The notes beneath the pieces are model-generated. The model did no database searches, was not told the DNA's origin, and saw only the letters and a list, made by a program, of their open reading frames with translations. A stretch of 64,000 nt of DNA from the human T2T-CHM13v2.0 reference genome, Homo sapiens: assembly GCF_009914755.1 (NCBI RefSeq), contig NC_060929.1. One strand, given 5' to 3'. The number at the start of each line of letters is the position of its first letter. Within the stretch, counting starts at the first letter, position 1. Shown piece after piece: positions 1-15,419 of the stretch. The position numbers and the translations under genes were made by a program.

Positions 1-1650
1 ACAGACAAATAGAAGAAAATTCCATGTTCTTGGATAGGAAGAATCAATATTGTTAAACTTGCCCTATGTCCCAAAGTAATGTACATATTCAGGGCTGTTC
101 CTATCAAACCACCAATGACATTTGTCACAGAATAAGAAAAGCTATTCTAAAGTTCATATGAAAACAAAAAGGAGCCTGAATAGCCAAGGCAATCCTAAGC
201 AAAAAGGAAAAAACTGGAGGAATCACATTGCCTGACTTCAAACTGTATTACAAGGCTACACTAACCAAAACAAGATGATACTGGTACAAAAACAAACATA
301 TAGACTAATGGAACAGAATTGAGAAGCCAGAAAGAAAAGCAACAGACAACAATTTGTTCTTTGACAAAGCTGACAAAACAAGCAATGGGAAAAGGAGTCC
401 TCATTTAATAAATGGTTTTGAGATAACTGGTTAGCTATCCGCAGAAGATTGAAACTGGACCCTCTCATTACACCACATACAAAAATAAATTCAAGGTGGA
501 TTAAAGACCTAAATGTAAAACCTAAAACTATAAAAACCCTGGAAGATAACCTTGGACATACATTTTTGACATAAGAACTGGCAAAAATTTCATGATGAAG
601 ACGCCTAAAGCAATGGCAACGAAAGCAAAATTGTTAAATGGGACCTAATTGAAGAGCTTCTGTACAACAAATAAACTATCAACACATAAATATGCAACCT
701 ATGGAATGAGAGAAAATATTTGGGAACTATACATCTGACAAAGGTCTAATATCCAGAATTCACAAGGACCTTAAAAATTCACAAGCAAAAACCAAACAAC
801 CCCATTCGAAACTGGGCAAAGGACATAAACAGACCCTTTTCAAAAGAAAACATAACATGCAGCCAACAAACATATGAAAAAAATGCTCAATATTATTATA
901 CAAATCATCAGAGAAATCCAAATCAAAACCACAATAAGATATCATCTCACACCTCTCAGAATGGCTATGATTAAAAAATTAAAAAATAACATTCTGGAGA
1001 AGTTGCAAAAAAAAAGGGAACACTTATGAACTGTTAGTGGGAGTGTAAGTTACTTCAAACATTGTGGAAAGTCTTGTGGCCATTCCTCAAAGTACTAAAA
1101 ACAGAACTACCATTCAACTCAGCAGTCGCATTACTGAGTGTATCCAAAGAAATATAAATCCCTGCTACCATAAAGACATATGCATGCATATCTTCATTGC
1201 AGCACTTTTCACAATAGCAAACACACAGAATCAACCTAAATGCCCATCAATGGTAGACTGGATAAAGAAAATGTGGTACATATACACATGCAATACTATG
1301 CAGCCATGAAAAGAACAAGATCATGTCTTCTGCAGGAACATGGTTGGATCTAGAGGCCATTAACCTTAGCAAACTAACGCAAGAACAGAAAACCAAATAC
1401 TACATGTTCTCACTTATAAGTGGGAGCTAAATTATGAGAACACACGCACGGAAAGAGAGGAATGACAGACACTGGGGCCAACCTAGGGGTGGAGGTTCGG
1501 AGAAGTGAGATGTTCAGAAAAAAAAAAAAAAACTGTTGGGTAATATGATTAGTACCTTGGTGATGAAATAATCTATATACCAAACTCCCAAGTCATGAGT
1601 TTACCTGTATAATAAACCTGCACATATACCCCTGAGCTTAAAATAAAAAT
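1..1650 (+). mobile_element. LINE-1 3' portion (end of ORF2 plus 3'UTR), L1PA15/16-like, decayed; continues off the window start
   Basis: L1 ORF2 C-terminal remnants (ORF 1064-1309 QPKCPSMVDWIKKMWYIYT) and an old L1PA-type 3'UTR ending aaacctgcacatatacccctgagcttaaaataaaa. Confidence 0.9.
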
Positions 1651-2271
1651 TAAGATATTTTTTAAAAAGGAGTTTCCTGGATTCTGAATTTATTATAATT
1701 TGAATCACAACCTGACAAAGAGAAGAGCTGCTCTTTATAAATTTTCTACTTCCTTTCTTTCACCTCTTCATATACATTTCTCATTTTTTCTCTTCTTCCT
1801 CATTTTTCTCTCTACCTTCAGTTTAATATATTATTTTATATTATCATCATTTTTATTTGTATTGTTTAGAAAATTTTTTAATCCTTGTTTTTTCTTTGAC
1901 TGTGTACTCCTGTGAGAGTACTGGTCTGGCTTTTTTTAGAGGTCTCATTCCTAATTACCACCTAAGTAGTCCAAGATTATTTTTGCTTCCCTTCTGGCCA
2001 TTAAATCCCAGGACTCTAGGCTGTGGATACTGGTAAATAACCTGAGAGTACATGCATTATCTAATCAACTTGGTTTGCCATTCTTTCCTTATTTTTGACA
2101 CTTGGAGATTATGCTAATTTTTTTACAAATTGTAGCTATACATTAAAAGTATGTTTCTGCTTTGCAAAGAGAAGCCATTTCAGGATTTCTAATTCATTAC
2201 ATCCCCTCAAATGAAAATCTCGTAGGTTGTCAAGGTATAACACAATGTGCTCTTGTTTATTTGCTATTATT

Positions 2272-2650
<379 letters not shown>

Positions 2651-3019
2651 TAATTTCAGTCTATTCAGTTAATATGCCTCTTTTAATATCCCTTAAATTT
2701 CCACTGGTTATTAAAGAACATTCCTTAGTCTTCACAATTTACATCAACATGAATAATATTTCTCTTAATAGTTGTTGGATACATAGTTACTACCACACAA
2801 TCCAGTTTTCAATAGTGATCGTCTAATTATTTCGTGTTATATTCAAACCAATTCAAAACCTTATGAAGACATCAATCTTTTACAGTTACTTTAGATCACC
2901 ACCTCCTCTATAGGACTGGACACTTATTGGACATCTAATAATACATGTTCACTCACTTATTACTTCGTAGTTCAACTGATATATTTAGTTTTAAATATTG
3001 AAATTAGAATAATATCACA

Positions 3020-3234
3020 CTTTTAAAAGTTAACAATATTGAGGTACAATTTACATGCAACAACATTAATATGTTTCTAAATCTTAATGCTTTTTCCCAA
3101 TATATACTCTTGTGCAAACCTCTCTTTCATCAAAATATGAAATATTTCTATTTCCCCAGAAAGTTGCCATCTGCCATCAGTCTTGACTCCAACTGTCACC
3201 CTAGGAAACCACCAATATAATTCCTTTCTATCTT

Positions 3235-3274
<40 letters not shown>

Positions 3275-3502
3275 CGTATTTGTGCATATATTTTATAAAT
3301 TTATATGTAATATATTATATTACATACCCCCATAATATATACAACATATACTACATAAAATTGTAGAACAGGCAAATTTAATGTGTAATGACAGAACTAT
3401 ATAAAACGATATACATGTATATACATGATTTTTTGTCATTATAGATTACATTTGCCTGTCCTACAATTTTATACAGATAGAATTATAAAGTATGTATTTT
3501 GT
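3020..3502 (-). mobile_element. Old L1M (L1MB/MC/ME-type) 3' fragment, interrupted by (TA)n and an inverted duplication
   Basis: Antisense L1M 3' motifs: ttgaggtacaatttacatgcaa, ctaggaaaccaccaat, tttgcctgtcctacaattttatacagatagaattataaagtatgta. Confidence 0.6.
3238..3271. repeat. (TA)n microsatellite
   Basis: Perfect TA run visible in sequence. Confidence 0.95.
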
Positions 3503-4262
3503 AGCACTCTAATTTTTAAAGGTATATAAACTACATATATAAGTCCACTAAAATGGGTCCAGTTCTGTCAGCCAGAAAGCCATATCTGATCTTAAAGCAT
3601 ACATTAATAAACTAAACACAGCATTTTCTGTTTTTAATTTACTTGTCTTAATATCCCGGCCATTATCTAAAAAATACCAATGTCCATCTTATATTAGACT
3701 GCTTTTAAACACCTTAATACATTATATTATTTTATTCATATCATTCTCTTCTGAGATACTAGATTTTGTTGAATCTAAAGTGCTATGGAAAATAATATAC
3801 ACCATTATTTTATGACCTATTAAATTTCAAAGTATAAGTTGAATGACTATTGATTGTAAGATTGCAAAAATCTCAATATCTGAGATTTTAAAATGTGAAA
3901 AAATCTTTATTGTTATAAAGAGTGTATCATTCTTTTTGCATGTATTTTCTATGAATAAAATCAAATAGAGCTGATTTTGTAATAACTATTTTATATTTTT
4001 ATTACCTTTAATATGTTATATGCTATGTTGAAAGCTATTAGAAACATAGTAGCTGAATAAGCAAATGAATCAACATAGATTGGTGAAGGCAAAGGAATCT
4101 AGTCTTATACTGTTTGTTTTGAGCGGGCAAAATAACCAAAGTGAAAAAAACAGTTTTATTTGTTTTGCATATGTGTTGGGAAAGATCAAATCTGAGTCAG
4201 AAAAATTTGTAAATATGTATAATGGAGACTACATGTAAAATACTTGAGCTACTCGAAAGATA

Positions 4263-4265
<3 letters not shown>

Positions 4266-4294
<29 letters not shown>
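4266..4294. repeat. (CA)n microsatellite
   Basis: Perfect AC run. Confidence 0.95.
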
Positions 4295-4298
<4 letters not shown>

Positions 4299-5124
4299 AT
4301 GTTCAAAAATCTAAAAGTTATATTGCCTATTCATTTTTCACACAGATCTGTAAATTTCTGTAAAACATGATTTTAATCGCTAATGACTCTAGTTATTAGC
4401 ATTCCAATAAACAATATTACACATATGAAAATATATATGCCTACACACCTTGTATATTTTAGTTAATATGTTTTTAAATAAGTTGATAAAATTTATAACA
4501 TGATTTCATATAATTTGGTTTCTTTTACATCAGAAGTGTATTAGCATTTTATTTTCTAACTAATTTTTCTTATTACTGTAAGAAAATGATGTGTGGCCTT
4601 TTCCTAATGGCAGCAACAAGTAATAGGACTACCAAAGTTTAACTAACGAAGTACTATACAAAGTATGACTACCTAAGAAATATAAAACTTCTCTACCAAA
4701 GAAATGTGTTTTTTTTTAATGGTAGCAACATTATTGCTTTTCTAGGACCTAGTGATCCTTATAAAAGTAATTTATAGTAGGCATTATATAGCTTGTCTTT
4801 CTCAGTTTATTTACAATTAGATGAATTACTCCAGTGATTTCTGAAGTTTAAACTTAGCATTACTAAAGTTGAAATCATACTGGAAATGAAATCTTTACTT
4901 ACCTATAATTCTAGTGAAGGTAAAAATATATCAAACATCACTTTTATTTAAGAAACTCTGAAAAACATTGCATTAAAAACAGAGAAAGCACAGCAGATGT
5001 ATAGATATATCTTTTCAGTGCTATGACTTCCAATGATAAATTTGTGATGAAAATACCTCTATTTTTAGAGAAACACAACATCCCTTGATTATATGTTTAT
5101 AATTATGTTTATATTTTATTTCTT

Positions 5125-5230
5125 CTAAATTATTTTGGAAAATTTTTAGACCTACAGAAAAGTTTAAAGATTAGTATGATAAAAATCTATATAGCCTTCA
5201 CCTCTATTCATCAATTGTTATTACATTTTG

Positions 5231-5231
<1 letters not shown>
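5125..5231 (-). mobile_element. L1MC-type 3' terminal fragment
   Basis: tattttggaaaatttttagacctacagaaaagtttaaag...ccttcacc resembles the antisense L1MC4/5 3' end. Confidence 0.5.

Positions 5232-5268
<37 letters not shown>
5232..5268. repeat. (TG)n microsatellite
   Basis: Perfect TG run. Confidence 0.95.
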
Positions 5269-5269
<1 letters not shown>

Positions 5270-8200
5270 TTGATTAGGAATGTTCCCAATAACCTCTAAA
5301 AATTATTGAACCAAAGGTTCTTTGAATCATAGTTTGCAGTCAGAAAGAGTGACTTCAGAGATCACTGTCTTAAATCATCTTTACAGAAGGTCAAATTATG
5401 TACTTTATGGCCTTAATTTTAAATACAGCCCTTTTATAATTTCAAGTTAATGATACTTCATAAGTATCTACTTCAAATATTAAAAAACTTATCAAAGCGA
5501 GTTTTTCTAGGACATGTGGTCATTGCCAGCAGAATGCTAGATACAAATTGATATGAATACTTATTGAAAAATAACTGCATCAATCTATGTTTAACTAACA
5601 GACTAAACATATATTTTTACATTTAGAATTAACTTAATGTTTATTTTAGTATGTATACACAAATAAACAAGTTACAATATATTACTGGAAATAGATTTTC
5701 CTACATGTCAGTTATTTAAGAAAAGTTAAACTAAGTTTGGTTAATAGAGTTTATTATTCCTTTGCTAAAGATTACTTGGAGAAACATGATCACAAATTTG
5801 TCAGTTTTTCTTATTTATATTCCATGTAGACAGAAAACTCTTTAAATTACTTTAAGATATTAACATTGACTATTAACTCATATAAATGGAGGGTCTAATA
5901 AGATAATCTGATACATGTAATTCATGCATAAACATTAACATTCATGTTAGCAATTCCTATCTAATGTCCCAAATATCTACAAAATATAGCACATTTTTTC
6001 ACTTCTATTATTTCTATTCTATTTCAGTACTCTCTGTTCTCAAATAGATTATTCTTAACTGGTTTCATCTTTCACCTTTATATCCATCTGAATATTTGCT
6101 GAACTGAATTGCTCAATGAGACATTCTTCAATTACATTTTGAAAATGTTTCTTCACTCTTATAACCAACTCATGTAAAATGTCTTACTTTTGAATGAAAA
6201 TTTCATGAGAATATGGCCCCAGAAATCTTAGTTTTATAAGTGTAAATGGGTAAATTAATACCTCGCAATATTCATAATTAGTTTAGTTACTTAAGTAAGC
6301 TCCATGTTTTGCCTAGGCTTTGACTGTTGTTCAATTTTTATGCTTTACTTGTCATGGTATCTACTGAAAAGCAAATAGAAACATAACATTTCATTTCCTT
6401 TTGAAACTCAAAAAAGTTTCACAATCTTGCCTGTAAGGTAATTATTTTACTCAGCCTGAAATTGTAGTTACTTGTATATCACTTACTCTTCTCCTTTCCT
6501 ATAAGCTTAGACTTGTGATAGTGCCCTATTCCTATTTGAATCCTTCTGTTGCTTCACCTACTGTTTTGTAAAGTATTTTCCTAAATAAATATAATTGTAC
6601 TTCAGTGTGTGTACTATTTGTACACTGAAAACTAAAACTTAACTCTTTAATTAAAATATATATTTAATTTCATGATCTGACTTTGTCCTCATTATAGCCT
6701 TATTTCACCAGTGGCATATGCAATAGAAAGACACACTTTTAAAAATTGCAGGGCAACAAATTAGAAGAGAGTACATAAACTAAAAGATAAAGGAGTTAAA
6801 ATTAAGAAAAAAAATCTGACTAGAATGTCAAATACACCCAATCAATTAGGTGAAATGTACTGGGATCACATATAATGTCCTAAATTTAGGTTGGAAAAAA
6901 CTAGCACTGTTTAGGGATCATCAGCTTTAGGAAATCAGATTTTTAATTCATCCTGGGTGACAATTTTATACATACATATATATACATATATATCAAATAA
7001 AATTACAAATAATATATGCAAATTCTTATATATATTATATACAGCTGGAAATAAAATAATACCTAACTAGAATAAATGTATAATTAAAGTAAATCAGTCT
7101 GTATTTATAAAGCGTAAATCACTCCCAATGGAAAACAATGCTGCTGATCATAATATATCACAAAATTTATGACAAATTCCAAGCATACAATCCCAACTAA
7201 AATTCTAACCAGCTAATGTTCTACAGAAAATATGCTTTGCATATTTTTTAGGTGCCTGGAAATCATGTACCATAAGGAATGTTTGAAGAAAGTAATGATG
7301 GAGAACATAGAAATAAAAAGGAACAAAGATTTCATAAAAACAAGATTGAAGTCTTTCACATGGAAGTAACAGTTGATTTGTTTGTTTTGTCTTCAATGAC
7401 AGAATTAACTTAAAAGGAAATTAGACTATTTTCAGCTTCATGTGACAATGAGGAGTGTAACTGTAGTTGATGAAATATGGCTAGTGGAAAGAGAAAGAAC
7501 ATGAATACCTTTTCCACTGGTGGCACATTTTAAATAATTGTAAGGTTATATTTTTAAATGGTGATATGTTCGAATAGCACTTATAAAAGCACAACTATAT
7601 GACAGATTGTTCTTTTGTTAGGTGTTAACTCAGGCAAACAAGATCACTGACTTTGCCTACCAATCAGACTCCCTCCTACCTGCCTCTTACATCTAACTAT
7701 GTTTCTGGGAAGAACGTTTCTATTTTAAAAGTTAGAAAATCCTAAAATTGAAACAGAGATGAGTTATAGGGTAGAAAACTAGATTGAAGTCCATGAAACT
7801 CTGAAGGCAAATGCACTGCACCTCAGTACATTTATTTAGTTACGTAGCCATTTTCACTAGATTTGCCTTACCAGGTAAAAAGGTTCATCCTAATGTAATG
7901 CAGGCTTTCTCTAGGATTGCTCCAGCCAGACTTTAAAACTTTAACAAAATATTTTTCATGCTCAGTGAAAAAGCTAATTAGCTCTATGTCTGGAATTGTT
8001 GGTAAGGATAGGTATCATATATGTTAATTTTCCAGCTAAAACACATACTTTTAATATTTTGCTTATTTTTAGTTTTTATTATCTTTGAAGAGATTCTTTC
8101 ATACATTTGCTAAATGATGTCCTTTCTCTTTAAACATGGGCTATTGAATATAAATTAAGCTTCTCTTGATATAAAAAACTATCAATAAATATTTACTTAT

Positions 8201-8335
8201 TTATTTACCATTTTTGGTCATTTTTAATGATTTCTTTTCAGTCATGGCCTATAAGCTTTTACCTCACTTGTACACAATTTATTCTATTTTCTTCTGGTTA
8301 GTTTCTCCTAGTCTGTTTGGCTTGAGTAAACCAGG

Positions 8336-8767
8336 TGTATGAGGTCATTTTTGAATTGCTATAAGGAAATCCCTGAGGCTGGGTAATTTATAAAGAAAAG
8401 AGGTTTAATTGGCTCATGGTTCTGCAAGCTTTACAGGAAATATGGTGCTGACATCTGCTTGACTTCTGGGGATGCTGAATATTACAATCATGGTGGAAGG
8501 CTAAGGGGTAGCAGGCATTATGTAGTGAAAGCAGGAGTGAGAGAGAGAATGAGTTGCCACACTTTTAAACAACCATATCTCACAAAAAGTCACTCACTAT
8601 TACAAGGACAGCACTGAGGGGATGGTCCTAAACCATCCATGAGACATTCACCCCCTTGACCCAGTCACCTCCCACCGGGTCCTATTTCCAATGGGGAGAA
8701 TACAATTCTGCTGGGGATTACAATTCAACATGCGATTTGGACAAGGACACATATCCAAATTATATTA
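8336..8767 (-). mobile_element. Solo MaLR LTR (MSTA/MSTB-like)
   Basis: gctataaggaaatccctgaggctgggtaatttataaagaaaagaggtttaattggctcatggttctgca...ggggattacaattcaacatgcgatttgg; 5-bp TSD ccagg (8331-8335) / ccagt (8768-8772). Confidence 0.9.
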
Positions 8768-9164
8768 CCAGTGTACCATTACAAAATAAGGGCAAATGAA
8801 TTCCTGACATTAAGCAAAATAAATGAACCTAAAGAGGAAACTGAGGCATCCATTTACCTGATTCAGTTATTTTTGTCTGTTTTTGTGTGTGTGTGTGTGT
8901 ATTATTAATATGTGTATTCAGAGAATTATTCAAATCTATGTTTAAACAGTTATAAATCTGATTTCTAAATAAATAGACTATGTAATTGTTGCTCAGTTAA
9001 TCTATTTAAATGTCTGGCTAATCTGAATTATTACAAACTATTCAAATAATCATCTAACATATTTACACACTACAGAAACTAAACCTTGTTTCTCAATTTA
9101 AATAATAGAATACAAATTTTAATGCCATTTTATTTTAACTCAGCATTACAGAAAATTTTATATC

Positions 9165-9340
9165 TAAAGCCACCTGAAGCAGAATTACCTGTGGTACTTG
9201 CTAAAAATGTGTATTTGGGAAGATTTCTGAAGAAGTTTGTCTCTATGGTAGAATCTGCAGGATTAGGGTCTAACCAATGCCTTTTAAATCATCTCCGTCA
9301 GTTGAATCTCATGTCCACTGAAGTTTGAAAGTCATTGCTA
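9165..9340. mobile_element. MER5-like hAT-Charlie fossil
   Basis: gaatctgcaggattaggg...tgccttttaaatcatctcc...actgaagtttgaaagtcattgct resembles MER5A/B. Confidence 0.45.
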
Positions 9341-9689
9341 ACTTGTATATGACATTGCTAGGAGGCGGTACTTCATGAACAGTATGATTAACAGTATTTG
9401 TTTAAACATGTCAGAATATATGGCTATATTTCTCTTAGTATTATAATGTGTAGGAGATGATAAAAGTCCTATATTTTATCAAGATAAACCTGGACAGAAT
9501 AAGCTAATTAGATCACATTGCTAAATTGGTTATAAGATGTTTTTAATATATTCCACATATATTGTAAATATAATTCACCTTAATGGGAGAGACTTTAATG
9601 TTACACAGGCACATGTATAACAAGGTATAAATATTTGGGCCAAAAGGCCAATCTACCACATATTCCAAAACCATGAAACAGAACAAATA

Positions 9690-10002
9690 CAGTTGGCCCT
9701 CCCTATCCGTGGTTTCTGCATCTGTGATTCAACCAACCATAGATTGAAATATTTGAAAAAAAAGAACAGTATAATAATAGAAAAAATACAAATAAAAGAT
9801 GCAACAGGACAACTGTTTGTATATCATTTTCATTGTATTGTGTACTATAAGTAATCTAGAGATGATTTTAAGTAGATGGGAGGATATGCATTGGTTATAT
9901 GCAAATTTCATGCCATTTAATATCAGGGACTTGCCCATTCTGAATTTTGTTAACTGTGGGAAGTCCTGGAACCCATGTCCCATAAATATGGAGGGACTAC
10001 TG
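9690..10002. mobile_element. MER2 (TcMar-Tigger non-autonomous DNA transposon), complete
   Basis: TIRs cagttggccctc...gagggactactg flanked by TA on both sides; internal ataagtaatctagagatgattt motif of MER2. Confidence 0.9.
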
Positions 10003-10012
10003 TACTTCAAAT

Positions 10013-10208
10013 AAGAGGTCAGCAAATATTTTCTGGTTAGAACTCAAATATACCTTTCATGACTACCGAATTCTTCCACAGTAGTGTGAAAATGGCCATG
10101 CCCAATACATATACAAATGGTGTGGTTCGGCTCCAGTGAAACTTTTCCAGAGAAATCCACTTTACAATAGGCTGGATTTGCCTGTGGGTCATAGTTTTCT
10201 GACCCCTG
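10013..10208. mobile_element. MER58A-like hAT-Charlie element
   Basis: Ends aagaggtcagcaaa...tagttttctgacccctg; 8-bp TSD cttcaaat (10005-10012) / ctttaaat (10209-10216). Confidence 0.8.
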
Positions 10209-10934
10209 CTTTAAATGATGATCCAAGGAAAACTTTCCTGAAGTAAAATTAGATAGGAAGTTAAATATTGAATAAATACCAAATAACTGGGAAAAAAGCA
10301 AAATCTACATGAAAACATGAAGAGTGAGCCATGGATTTTTATATCCCTATATCTTTCAACTCTAAAGATAACAAGTAGTTCTAAACACATACAAGCACAT
10401 AAAATATTGTTATAAGTCTTGTTCTTGGGAAAACTAATATAGGCTAAGCCACAGCTTATAAACATATTATTCAGAAAACTTAAGCAAAGGACTAGCAGTG
10501 AAAAGCTTTTAATTGCAGATCTGAGACAAAAAGCAAAGGTGAGGCTAACCTTGCAATGGAGAAACGAAACAGTCACAATAAAATGAAAAGAGAAGTTAAG
10601 TTAGGAAACCCAGTCAGCTCAGTATTTGCTGTAGAAAAATAAGTTAGTATTTAAAGTTAATAAGTTACGTAGTGAAATATAAGTACATAAAATAGAATGA
10701 GGTAAACCCTAAGAAGCTTAATCTTGTCGGTGAAAATGAAGTGATGGAGAAGAGGAAAATGAGAATTTAGAAAAGGAATAAAATAGGCGTGATGTTGAGA
10801 CACAAAATAAGAGAATTACATAAGTTTAATTACAAATATAAGCACTAAAACCAAATGCAAACATGCTTGAATACTGTAAGAACTGCAATTTTAAAACAGC
10901 AAAGACATAGTCCATTCAAGAAATTTTTAAATAT

Positions 10935-11060
10935 GCCAAAACCTTGATTTTAGCTCACTGAGATTGATTTTGAATTTCTGAATTCCAAAATGTAAAAAGA
11001 TTTTGTCATTTTAAGCCAGTGAGTTGGTAGCAAATATTAAAACAGTAATATAAAATTAAT
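10935..11060 (+). mobile_element. MLT1 LTR 3' fragment
   Basis: accttgattttagctcactgaga...ttttaagccagtgagttggtag resembles the MLT1 3' half. Confidence 0.5.
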
Positions 11061-11119
11061 AAAGTCCAAATATATTCAACTTTAAAAAATACAAATTACC
11101 TTAATTCACCCATTTATAA

Positions 11120-12150
11120 AAAAGAGTTTTAGAATGTGTTACATAGACAATACCAATGTTCTCCTCCATACAAAAGGTACACCCAAAATCTAGTAAATTA
11201 GAACAGTTAAAAAATGAAAAGTTAGAAAAGTTATATAAGCAAGTGTAAACAGACAAAAGTAGAAATTGCAAGAGAGGATTTAGGTCTAATACCATTAAAT
11301 GAGGCAATTCATGAACTTTATAATGCTGAAAGTTATATTTCTCAAAGACAATATAATAATTATGATACCGTAATTACAAATGCACCAAATATATTGGCAG
11401 AAGTTTTCATAAATCAGAACTTCCAAAGATAAATAGAAACACAATAATTACAGGACACTTAAATCTCAATATATTTTAAAGAAAACAAATAATATAAAAA
11501 GTCATAATTAGATAGACCTAAGGAATGTATAACAAATTCTCTATCATAAAAAGAAGAAAAGAAATCTACTCTAGGGGAAAAGTGATCACATATTAAGACT
11601 CAGTAAAACCTTGATAAATTCCAATGGAATAATTATAATAATTTTTACAAGTAAACTTCTCTGATCACAGTAAAAGAGAACTTAAAAAAACAATAAAATC
11701 AGAAAACAGAAGCTTTACCATCTAAAACCAGGAATTAATAGGAATAATTGATTTAAAATAATAAATAACAATTTCAGACATAATTGTGGCTTGTAGAAGA
11801 AATGTATAAATTTTTTTGAAAACTACGTTCATTTAAAATTTGATATCAAAACCTATGTGATGTAACTAAAGCAGGACCAAAATAAATTCACAGCATTACG
11901 TACTTGTTTCATTACCAAAAAAAAAAGAAAATAAATGATGTTTGCTGTTCAAAGAGTTATAAACAAAAACAAAATGAACCCAGTACAACATCAATAAAGA
12001 AGCAGTTGAATTAGAAAACTAAACTACAATAAAATTAATAATTTAAGACCTGTTTTTTGTAAAAGATTAGCACAAGATTAAATGCTCTATGAATACAATT
12101 AAAGATAAAGAGGAATAAATACCATATGAAAGAAAAGGAAACAACATAAA
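11120..12150 (+). mobile_element. Highly decayed ancient L1M ORF2 (endonuclease region) fragment
   Basis: A-rich strand bias; remnants aaatgcaccaaat, aaacacaataattacaggacacttaa, cttctctgatcacagtaaaa, aaaacctatgtgatgtaactaaagcag. Confidence 0.5.
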
Positions 12151-12174
12151 CAAAATGAGTGCAAGAGAGCATCC

Positions 12175-12620
12175 TGGCCTGGAATCCCAATGAAGCCAAT
12201 CTGAAGCAAATACTTATGTCACATTTTTATAGGAAGTGTAATTCCAGAGAATAAGAAATGATGAAAAGTAAGGCAAAAAAGAAAGGAGAAAAAATAAGAC
12301 AATTTGTTAAGGAGATGCTTATCACTTGGAATCAATAACTGTTTGCTGGATTTTGTGAGAGCTTCTTCTGGGGAGTCCCTTTTACTACTTCAACTCAGGA
12401 AAATTCACTGGAGAGGAAGTGGCAGGGCCCATTTATAGACACAGAGCAAGCCCTTGGTGTTCCAGGACTCATCAGCTGGGAAACCCTTAGGTGGGTGTTG
12501 GGAAGTTAGAGGCACAGTGATGAAATTCTGCACTGGTGGGTTGTGAATGGCAGTGAAGTAAACCACTCTACTAGCTGAACCAAACAAATGATCAAGGTTC
12601 TTGGACCTAGGTGAGCCAAA
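12175..12620. mobile_element. Possible LTR16-family (ERVL) LTR remnant
   Basis: ctgaagcaaatacttatgtcacatttttataggaagtgtaattccagagaataagaaatga resembles the LTR16 motif; locally higher GC. Confidence 0.35.
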
Positions 12621-12879
12621 GGAATTGTGTCTGATTCAGAGAGAAAACACTTTTTAAAATAAATTGTTAAATAATTATGCCACTTTTCACAACTCTATGG
12701 CAACATATTTACAAACTTGAAGGAACATAATTTACTAAAATCTGAGAAGGTTGAGAATATCTACACAAAACATGAATTTTGTAAGTCATTGAGGAAGTTG
12801 TAAAAGTGCTCCTTGTCCCCACCCACCCATCACCACTGCCATAAATAATGCTAGATCCTGAATTGTTCTTCTGCTGACT

Positions 12880-13890
<1,011 letters not shown>

Positions 13891-13891
13891 C

Positions 13892-14205
13892 TTTTTTTTT
13901 TTGTTTTTTTTTTTTTTTTTGAGACGGAGTTTCACTCTGTCGCTCAGGCTGGAGTGCAATGACGCAATATTGGCTCACTGCAAAATCCGCCTCCCAGGTT
14001 CACGTGATTCTCCTGCCTCAGCCTCCTGAGTAGCTGGGGTTGCAGGCATGCGCCACCACTCCCAGCTTATTTTTGTATTGTTAGTAGAGACAGGGTTTCA
14101 CCATGTTGGCCAGGCTGATCTTGAACTCCTGACCTCAGGTGATATGCCCTCCTCAGCCTCGCAAAGTGCTTGGATTACTACATGTGTTAGCCACTGCGCC
14201 CTGAC
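13892..14205 (-). mobile_element. Alu SINE (AluS)
   Basis: Antisense Alu with long poly-T; TSD taaaatc at 13884-13890 and 14206-14212. Confidence 0.95.
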
Positions 14206-15419
14206 TAAAATCTTAGAAACACTGTGGGAGTTTTATCTGATAATATTTTCCTCTACTGTTAAGAATTCAGGAGTCAAATCTATAACCCATCTCTAGCAAG
14301 TTGTCCAAGATCTATTGGCATATACTTTGTACATTGAATTTATCCATAACTTTACACTTAAACTCTTTTCCCTGACCTAATTTTCCGTAACCTGTTCTAA
14401 ATTCTCCTCAATCAAAATGCTGCTATTTTAATCTTTTATATTTAATTATGTTTTAAGAGACAAAAACCTATTTAGATGTGATATACAATGATAAATAATC
14501 AAAGTAACTAAAGGTTGATATGATATTTAATCTAGTAAACTTACAGAAATTTGATTCTCAAATTATACCTATACTGCATTTTCAGGATAAAAAATGTCAA
14601 AGAATATATTGATGTAGGGATATAAAGTACATTGACGTGGTATGTATAATTCTAATTGTGTAAACCATCAAAGAGTATAAATAATAATATGATTATAGTG
14701 GTTAAATATGTTGGTGGATACTGAGTGATTTTTATCAATTTTCAGATAAATATATAATTCTCTATTATATATTTTACATAATTAATTATACAGTGTACAT
14801 GTATTACTTGCTTAAATGTAATTTACATTTAAAATTAAAAATGTAAAATGTATCAGAAAAAAATTTATTCTTACAAATAACCTTAACTTCGAAGAAAATT
14901 GACTCTATTGAATTTGCTTCCTTGGGAATTTAATCAGGTCTTACTAAATGGGACTATTCATTTTTTTACCTCTCTATGATCCAGAACTAATTTACACTTG
15001 AGAGAAAAGCTAATGTACAATTTTTTTAAATGATAAATAAAATCATTTGATTGGCTTTGGGAACAATATTTATGTGTTCCTCAGCCATTTTTATTCATAG
15101 ACAGATAACTTTACATAGAACCAAATGTTATTTTCATTTTCTCAATTTAATAGTAGAAAAATAAGCTATAATTATGGTATTTTTATGTGCCCAGCAAAAA
15201 TCACCAAAATAATGTCATTTATAATGTGATTCAAAGGATTAAACATTTAGAGAAACAGAGAAATACAATACAACATATTACCTTTTCTAGTATTTTTTTT
15301 CTCTTTTTGTTGTAACCATTAATATCTCAATTCTAGGCTGAAAATATCCTTTAATGAGTTAATGTTGGGTTGTTTATAACTCTATAGTAGAATGAAGTAT
15401 ACAATTTTAATTAATATAA

